In this document: positions 8,512-13,724 of the stretch, piece after piece
Numbering within the stretch: position 1 is the first letter of the stretch
How the letters are laid out: each line of letters begins with the position of its first letter
From: Candidatus Sulfobium sp.
GTDB taxonomy: Bacteria; Nitrospirota; Thermodesulfovibrionia; Thermodesulfovibrionales; UBA6898
Direction: 5' to 3'
Assembly (NCBI GenBank): GCA_037380845.1
Contig: JARRRI010000022.1
Coordinates: 1 to 13,724 of the forward strand
Length of the DNA stretch: 13,724 nt
The notes under the pieces: generated by a model
Told to the model about the DNA's origin: nothing
What the model saw: the letters and a program-made list of their open reading frames with translations, nothing else
The model's database searches: none
Translations under genes and position numbers: made by a program

Positions 8512-9315
8512 ATGGAAATCCGCGACTTCAGGGAGATAGGCAAAAGGTTGATGGAACAGATCCCGGCGATGAGGAATTCCGGCGACTTGAAGACGTCTCT
8601 GGGCAGAGGGGCCGGAGGGGACAGGACCTTTCGAATAGACAGGGAGGCCGAGGACATCATTATCACCGGGTTCCGCGAGCTTGGGGAGCCCCTCACCTTC
8701 ATATCGGAAGAGGCCGGAATCGTGGAGATGGGGGGCGGGGAAACGGTAGTGATCGTAGACCCCGTAGACGGGAGCAAGAACGCCGTTTCCGGGATACCTT
8801 TCTATTGCACATCAATTGCTGCGGCCGGGGGAAAGACGCTCGGCGATATAAGATATGCTTACGTTCTCAATCTGATAAGCGGTGATGAATTCTGGGCCCA
8901 AAAGGGTGAGGGCTCATTCCTTAACGGACGGCGGCTCCTTGCCCAGAAGGACGAAGAACTGTATCTGACCGCTTACGAGGCGCAGTCCCCCCCGCGGGAC
9001 ATCCCGCTGATCCTGCCCCTTCTTGTCCGCTCCGGAAAGACCAGATGTCTGGGCGCCACCGCACTGGATCTATGCCATCTCGCCTCCGGGGCGGTGAGCG
9101 CCTTCGTTTCGCCCTCGCCTTCAAGGAGTTTCGATTTTGCCGCGGCATATCTCATAGTGAGGGAGGCGGGCGGGGTTTTCACCGATATGGACGGGAAGGA
9201 CATAGAGGACGTCCGGCTCGGACTCGGCCGGAGTTCAGCGCTGCTCGTCTCCGGGAACGGACGGCTCCACCGGAAGGTCCTGGCAGTCCTGCGAAAGAAG
9301 GACGAAGTTGTATAG
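8512..9315 (+). CDS. Inositol monophosphatase / FBPase class IV family (FIG superfamily) phosphatase
   Basis: GAGGDRTFRIDREAE, SEEAG, VDPVDGSKN, RCLGATALDL, RSFDFAAAYLIVREAGG. Start reassigned from the TTG at 8431 to the ATG at 8512. Confidence 0.9.
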   Translation: MEIRDFREIGKRLMEQIPAMRNSGDLKTSLGRGAGGDRTFRIDREAEDIIITGFRELGEPLTFISEEAGIVEMGGGETVVIVDPVDGSKNAVSGIPFYCTSIAAAGGKTLGDIRYAYVLNLISGDEFWAQKGEGSFLNGRRLLAQKDEELYLTAYEAQSPPRDIPLILPLLVRSGKTRCLGATALDLCHLASGAVSAFVSPSPSRSFDFAAAYLIVREAGGVFTDMDGKDIEDVRLGLGRSSALLVSGNGRLHRKVLAVLRKKDEVV

Positions 9316-9634
9316 GATTCTGCTGCTGAGGGTGTTTGCCGCGCTCATCGGCGGCTATGTCGCGCACAGAAAAGGCAGGAGCGTGGTCCTCTGGGGTCTG
9401 GCCTGCGGGGTGATACCGCTGGCGGTCCTAGTGGTGCTCCTGCTCCCGCCCGTCCTCGCGAAAGGACGCACAAAGAGATGCCCCCACTGCTCCCGGATAG
9501 TCCCGGCGGGAGACACTGTCTGCCGTTACTGCAAGAGGGAACTCCCGATAGAGCTTGTACATTGCAGGGAGTGCGGCAGCTTCGTCCCCGAGCGCGAATA
9601 CTGCTCGAACTGTCACAGAAAGCTCAAGGTGTGA
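9308..9634 (+). CDS. Small membrane protein with double zinc ribbon
   Basis: Two TM helices with the AHRKGRS...W motif, then four CxxC motifs (CPHC, CRYC, CREC, CSNC). The TTG start overlaps the upstream gene end. Confidence 0.8.
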   Translation: MYRILLLRVFAALIGGYVAHRKGRSVVLWGLACGVIPLAVLVVLLLPPVLAKGRTKRCPHCSRIVPAGDTVCRYCKRELPIELVHCRECGSFVPEREYCSNCHRKLKV

Positions 9635-9723
9635 CCTTCCTGCGCTGTCCGGGAACAGTTCCCTGGGCCTTCGCGTACACCGAAGTTCAAGTGGACCATC
9701 CCTCCCGGTCAAAGCGGAAATGC

Positions 9724-10524
9724 TTACTCCTTTAACAGACAGGTGCGGCCGGCCCGGTCTGCCGGGTCCTGGCGATAGTAGGTACTGAGGACACGGTAGA
9801 GATCGGGGGCGTGCTTCCGCAGGTCAAGGGGCCGGTCAAAGAACTCCTCGGTCGCCACGGCGAAGAACTCCGCTTCATTCGTTGCTCCGTATGCGTCAAG
9901 GAAGGTCTTGTGGCCCTTTCCGGCGAGCCGCCGCAACCGCAGAAATTCGTGAGAACATACGGCCACCCATTCGTCGAACTGGGCGTGGTCGGAAAGGGGC
10001 GGGGTGCCGTCGGCACCTCCGTCGAGCATGTCGAGCTTGTGGGCGAACTCGTGGTAAACAACGTTATGCCCCTGCTCGGGATGGCGAGCACCGTGGAGGA
10101 CGGCGTCCCACACAAGTATCACCGGCCCCTGGGCCAATGCCTGACCAAGAATGGGAACGGGAGCCGCTACGGGCGCGTCTACGCGCTCAAATACACCGTG
10201 GTGGCGTTCGGGAGGCACCACGGTGGAGGGATAGACAAGGATCGACTGCACGTTGCGATAGTAGTCGTGAGGAAGCCCCAGTTGCAGCAGGCACGCCTGG
10301 GCCGCGATAGTAACGCGGATCTCGTCGGTGAGCTCCAGCCCGCCACATCCCTCCCACTGCTTTTCCTCCAGGAGGACCTGTATCATCGCACGCAGTTCGG
10401 CACGTTCAGCGGCGTCAAGCATGCGGTAGTGAACCAGGTTCTCACGCAAGAAGTCCTCCCACTCGGGAGGGAACGGCCGCTTTACAGCCTCGGCCCGGCG
10501 GTGGTCGCGGAGCCAGTGGAACAT
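9724..10524 (-). CDS. MtfA-like zinc metallopeptidase (M90 family)
   Basis: EGCGGLELTDEIRVTIAAQACL, ILVYPS, GHNVVYHEFAHKLDM (HEXXH), DAYGATNEAEFFAVATEEFF, YYRQDP. Strong SD AAGGAGG. Confidence 0.93.
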   Translation of the reverse strand: MFHWLRDHRRAEAVKRPFPPEWEDFLRENLVHYRMLDAAERAELRAMIQVLLEEKQWEGCGGLELTDEIRVTIAAQACLLQLGLPHDYYRNVQSILVYPSTVVPPERHHGVFERVDAPVAAPVPILGQALAQGPVILVWDAVLHGARHPEQGHNVVYHEFAHKLDMLDGGADGTPPLSDHAQFDEWVAVCSHEFLRLRRLAGKGHKTFLDAYGATNEAEFFAVATEEFFDRPLDLRKHAPDLYRVLSTYYRQDPADRAGRTCLLKE

Positions 10525-10542
10525 GATACCTCCTTTACTATT

Positions 10543-10551
10543 AGTTTAACA
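10543..10551 (-). promoter_or_regulatory. Putative extended -10 promoter for the mtfA-like gene
   Basis: Minus strand reads TGTTAAACT just upstream of the SD. Confidence 0.45.
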
Positions 10552-10646
10552 CACCGAAAAAGGGGCCTCACCGCTCGAATCTTTAGCCTGAAGACATGTA
10601 AAGGGTCGCACGTTACATCATTCTCTTCCGCAATCTTCAGGTCAAG

Positions 10647-11201
10647 TCAGTCAACACCGTCCCTCGGCCGCCTGCCTCGATTGGCGTCATTGTCATCCGG
10701 CCTGCCCGCAACATCTGCCGGCAGTTCAAATATTAGCTGGTCTCCGATATTCAACTGCCATTTTTTCGACATGCCGGAGACCGATTCCAGGACATAAGCC
10801 GCCCTTTCTTCGGAAGTATAAGTCCTGCACGGCCCCCTCGCGCACGGTCTTGCGCCGTCGACAATGTGGACAACACGTCTGGCTTGATCAAGCCATATTA
10901 TGTCGAGGGGCATCTTTGTGTTCTTCATCCAGAAATCCCAATAGTCACTCTGCGGACAAACGAACAACATGCCGCGGCCTTCGGGCAGGTTTTCGCGGAA
11001 CATCAGGCCCCGCAACCGGGCTTCCGGGGTGGCGGCAATTTCGGCGGCGATACAATGACTTCTGTCCTTGCACACCTGAACGACGGGCAGGCCGGGCAGC
11101 GATGCAGATTCCGCTGACGAATGAAACATCGCCACCAGTGCAGCTGCCATCAGCAGATTAAAACACTTCCGTCGACCCCGGTCAAACGCCGTCTCAACCA
11201 T
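10647..11201 (-). CDS. DUF192 domain exported protein
   Basis: AEIAATPEARLRGLMFRENL...GMLF, FWMKNTKMPLDIIWLD, YVLE. The likely ATG at 11201 (GGGGG upstream) gives a basic RGRRK N-region plus a hydrophobic signal. A longer start at 11264 is possible. Confidence 0.88.
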   Translation of the reverse strand: MVETAFDRGRRKCFNLLMAAALVAMFHSSAESASLPGLPVVQVCKDRSHCIAAEIAATPEARLRGLMFRENLPEGRGMLFVCPQSDYWDFWMKNTKMPLDIIWLDQARRVVHIVDGARPCARGPCRTYTSEERAAYVLESVSGMSKKWQLNIGDQLIFELPADVAGRPDDNDANRGRRPRDGVD

Positions 11202-11310
11202 ATTGCCCCCGGGGCGGTGGTGAATGAACCGGTTTGTCCGGGCGCTCCGCCTTTTTTTATCCATCAGCCGGTGACGCTATCAGATGTTCCAAAGGTCCGC
11301 CAGAGCGTTC

Positions 11311-11928
11311 TTACGAGGGTGTACCCTGGCCCGGCGTGGTAAGGGATTTCCTGAGTCCGCCGATCAAATCCCTGGTCCAGCGCTCTTCCCGGGGCACAAG
11401 CCGCTGATATTTGACAAAGGCTTCGAGTGCGGCTTCTTTTTCGTCAAGGAGGGCCAGGACGAGGCCCAGATTATAAACCAGGTTCGGGAATCCGGGCTCG
11501 ATTTCTGAGGCCAGCTCATAATGCATCCTCGCCAGACGCAGGTTATCTCCATCGAAATAAAGGTTACCAAGGTTGTAATGCGATTCGAAATGTCTTGGAT
11601 CATGCCTGAGTGATCTTGTGAAACAGTCAAACGCCTTCGTCATCCTGCCCGCCCTGGATTCGAGAATGCCCAGATTGCAATATGCATCGGCTATCTGATC
11701 GCCCTCCGCGATCGCTCTCAGGTATAACTTCTCAGCCCGGCTGTCATCGCGTTCTTCCAGCAGCAGGGCTTCCTCGAAAGGGCTGATGTTTGTCGGAAGC
11801 CGCCTGACCCCGGCCGGCTTTGGAGAGAACAAATTCAACTGGTCCGGGTTTTCCCTGCTCCGTTTTCTTGCCCGCTCGAAACCGAACTTCGACGACTGTC
11901 TCAAAGGAAAAGGAACAATTTTACCCAT
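11311..11928 (-). CDS. Tetratricopeptide repeat protein with an N-terminal disordered arm containing QLNLF
   Basis: TPR repeats AYCNLGIL..., SHYNLGNLY..., LVYNLGLVL.... About 45 aa basic N-terminal arm. Confidence 0.88.
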   Translation of the reverse strand: MGKIVPFPLRQSSKFGFERARKRSRENPDQLNLFSPKPAGVRRLPTNISPFEEALLLEERDDSRAEKLYLRAIAEGDQIADAYCNLGILESRAGRMTKAFDCFTRSLRHDPRHFESHYNLGNLYFDGDNLRLARMHYELASEIEPGFPNLVYNLGLVLALLDEKEAALEAFVKYQRLVPREERWTRDLIGGLRKSLTTPGQGTPS

Positions 11929-11965
11929 GCTCTATTTTACACCATCCCGGCGGAGCAGAAACCAA

Positions 11966-12027
11966 AATATTATCACCCGGAGATTCATCCGCCTCTATAC
12001 CCTTTGCGTCTCTGTGGTGAACTATTA
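11966..12027. repeat. Degenerate inverted repeat with nonamer-like units between ku and the TPR gene
   Basis: aatattatcacccggaga ... tctctgtggtgaactatt, with internal units ctctatacc / ctttgcgtc / tctgtggtg. Confidence 0.45.
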
Positions 12028-12069
12028 TTTTATTTTTTCAGGCATCTTGCGCGGTTTCATTTTCCGGGG

Positions 12070-12924
12070 CTAACCCGCCGCCCTGGATTTCCCCTTTTCC
12101 TCTTTGGATACAGCAGCTTTCTTCTTCCCCGTAGCCTTTTTCATGGGCTTTTTCTGCGACCTGGCCTGTTCGATGCTCTGCTTCAGGGCCGTCATGATGT
12201 CCACAGGCGACTTCTCCTCTTCTTCCACTGTGACGATCTCCTTCCCCTCGATCTTGGCCTCGATCATCGCCCTGAGGGCGTCCTGGTACCTGTCGGTCAG
12301 ATCAATCTTGTCCATCGTAGTACTCATGGAAGAAACGAGACTGCGTGCCAGTTTGAGCTCCTCCTTGTCTATATTCTTTCCGTCAAGCTGGGGGACCTCG
12401 TTTATGTCCCGTATCTCTGCGGGCAGCCGAAGCTTGTAAAGCGCCACGGCGTTCTCGTAGGGCGCGATCATCACCACATCTTCCCGGTCATGCAACACGA
12501 CCTTCCCCATCCCCACCTTCCCGGTTTCCCTCAGCGCGGCAGCCAAAAGGGAATAGGCCTGGACCGCTACTGCACCGTCGGGTCCCGCGTAGTAGGGGCT
12601 TTCATACAGCGTGGGATGGACATCCCCGGCGTCTATAAAGCCCTCTATTTCGATTATCCTTGTACTCTTGAGGTTTATCTTTTCCAGATCTTCCTTTTCG
12701 ACGATCACATACTGCTCGGGCTCATACTTGTATCCCTTGACAATCTCGCCGGACGGCAGGACCTTATCGCATTTTTTGCACCGTTTGTCATAACCTATGC
12801 GGCCGTGGTCCTCCCTGTGAAGAAGATGAAAGCTTATTGTCTCTGAAGTATCCACGGCGTTATATATGAGGACAGGTATCGTTACCAGCGAAAAGCGGAT
12901 ATGACCCTTCCAGATTGCTCTCAT
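12070..12924 (-). CDS. ku: Prokaryotic Ku protein (NHEJ)
   Basis: MRAIWKGHIRFSLVTIPV, RIGY..C, IVKGYKYE..QYV, IEIEGFI, YYAGPD, DRYQDALRAMIEAKIEG, VDIMTALKQS and a Lys-rich tail. SD GGAGGTG. Confidence 0.97.
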   Translation of the reverse strand: MRAIWKGHIRFSLVTIPVLIYNAVDTSETISFHLLHREDHGRIGYDKRCKKCDKVLPSGEIVKGYKYEPEQYVIVEKEDLEKINLKSTRIIEIEGFIDAGDVHPTLYESPYYAGPDGAVAVQAYSLLAAALRETGKVGMGKVVLHDREDVVMIAPYENAVALYKLRLPAEIRDINEVPQLDGKNIDKEELKLARSLVSSMSTTMDKIDLTDRYQDALRAMIEAKIEGKEIVTVEEEEKSPVDIMTALKQSIEQARSQKKPMKKATGKKKAAVSKEEKGKSRAAG

Positions 12925-12979
12925 GTTTCACCTCCCGGGACAGATCTACTAAAAAAACCGGGTTGAGAAAGCCTCGGGA

Positions 12980-13157
12980 TGTCATTCCCGCAAGTGAAGC
13001 GCGCCTGCCGGCAGGCAGGGAATCCTTCCGGAAAACGGAAAGATTCCCGATCCGACTCCCGATGCGGATCTCCGCAGAAGGTGCTACGACTTCGCCGAGA
13101 GTCGCTCCGACCGGACAAGTTTACCCGCCTCCGGCGGTGTCCGGGACCGGAATGACA
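12980..13157. repeat. Composite REP/MITE-like palindromic element
   Basis: 9-bp terminal inverted repeats TGTCATTCC/GGAATGACA enclose several independent palindromes. Confidence 0.8.
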
Positions 13158-13203
13158 AATAGCACCCATACCCGGCTTTCCTTCTGATCTCTTATTCATT
13201 CAC

Positions 13204-13231
13204 ATTATAACCCCATTCAGTCACTTTTTAA
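13204..13231 (-). promoter_or_regulatory. Putative internal promoter upstream of ku
   Basis: Minus-strand TATAAT at 13204-13209 with TTAAAA 16 nt upstream. Confidence 0.5.
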
Positions 13232-13247
13232 CCACGCTCCGGATCGA

Positions 13248-13724
13248 TCACAGGTCCAGATCGGGTCGCAGTCTGAGAAACACGGGCTCCCGAAGCTTCC
13301 CGTCCCTGGTCAGCGAAGAGTACTGCACTTCGCATATCACCCTGGGCTCGATCCAGACGGTCTGTGCATCATCAACCGGTTTTTCGCTGACCGGCCTTTT
13401 TACCCGCCTGATTTTCTTTATGCAGGCCGACGTCTCTTTCATCGACTTTTCGTCGAACCCCGTTCCCACCTTGCCTGCATAGCGGAGGGTGCCGCCTTGC
13501 TGCACAGCCAGATGCAGGGCGCCAAAAAGGGGCCGGCGGCCGCCTTTTCCCTTTGTATACCCCACGATCACACACTCCATCGTCCGCCGCTTCTTGATCT
13601 TCAGCCACTGGGCGCTCCGTGTGCCCGGCCTGTAGGCGCTGTTTCTTTCCTTCGCCATGATCCCTTCGAGTCCCATCTTCACAGCGGCTTCGAACAGGTC
13701 GGCACCCTCGGAGATCGCTTCACT
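13248..13724 (-). CDS. ligD: ATP-dependent DNA ligase, LigD-type (3' part; 5' end outside the window)
   Basis: The frame is open to the window edge. Motifs EGIMAK and WLKIK, then OB-fold VGYTKG..FGALHL..YAGKVGTGF..WIEP..EVQY..T..GKLREPVFLRLRPD. Adjacent to ku. Confidence 0.9.
   Translation of the reverse strand, partial: SEAISEGADLFEAAVKMGLEGIMAKERNSAYRPGTRSAQWLKIKKRRTMECVIVGYTKGKGGRRPLFGALHLAVQQGGTLRYAGKVGTGFDEKSMKETSACIKKIRRVKRPVSEKPVDDAQTVWIEPRVICEVQYSSLTRDGKLREPVFLRLRPDLDL

Noticed and set aside
9651..9685. Short palindromes between the convergent zinc-ribbon and mtfA-like genes
   Set aside because: Short stems and no U-tract; insufficient to call a terminator or an att site.
9811..10797. 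328-aa plus-strand ORF, and similar long antisense ORFs at 7691-8494 and 12004-12846
   Set aside because: Antisense to well-supported genes; typical shadows in GC-rich DNA.
11240..11258. Hairpin plus T7 tract (GGCG-ctc-CGCC-TTTTTTT)
   Set aside because: Only a 4-5 bp stem and oriented antisense to the local genes. No riboswitch consensus was recognised in the DUF192 leader.
9635..13724. Genomic island or prophage carrying the NHEJ genes
   Set aside because: No integrase, tRNA, att repeat or phage gene is visible in the window.

Overview
Bacterial chromosomal window with high coding density and moderately high GC. The gene style and repeat families suggest Nitrospirota or a deltaproteobacteria-like anaerobe (inference only). 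It encodes 14 likely proteins: an HhH-GPD/endonuclease III-like glycosylase, a small 2-TM protein, RsmG, an orphan GyrA, a membrane HAMP-GGDEF nucleotide cyclase, an active/inactive M16 peptidase pair, an archaeal-type IMPase/FBPase, a TM double-zinc-ribbon protein, an MtfA/M90 peptidase, a DUF192 protein, a TPR protein, Ku, and the 3' end of a LigD-type ligase. Main leads: (1) the GGDEF enzyme has Ser at the PleD-D344 base-specificity position, the signature of Hypr GGDEF 3',3'-cGAMP synthases; (2) the TPR protein directly downstream of ligD-ku carries a QLNLF beta-clamp-binding-like motif and is a candidate NHEJ accessory factor; (3) a nested palindromic element lies between ligD and ku, inside an ORF that is apparently leaderless and overlaps the ku start (ATGA); (4) the glycosylase stop codon (TGA) falls exactly at the 4th Fe-S cysteine position; (5) inverted heptamer and nonamer repeat elements occupy intergenic spacers. 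All calls were made by eye; no searches were run.
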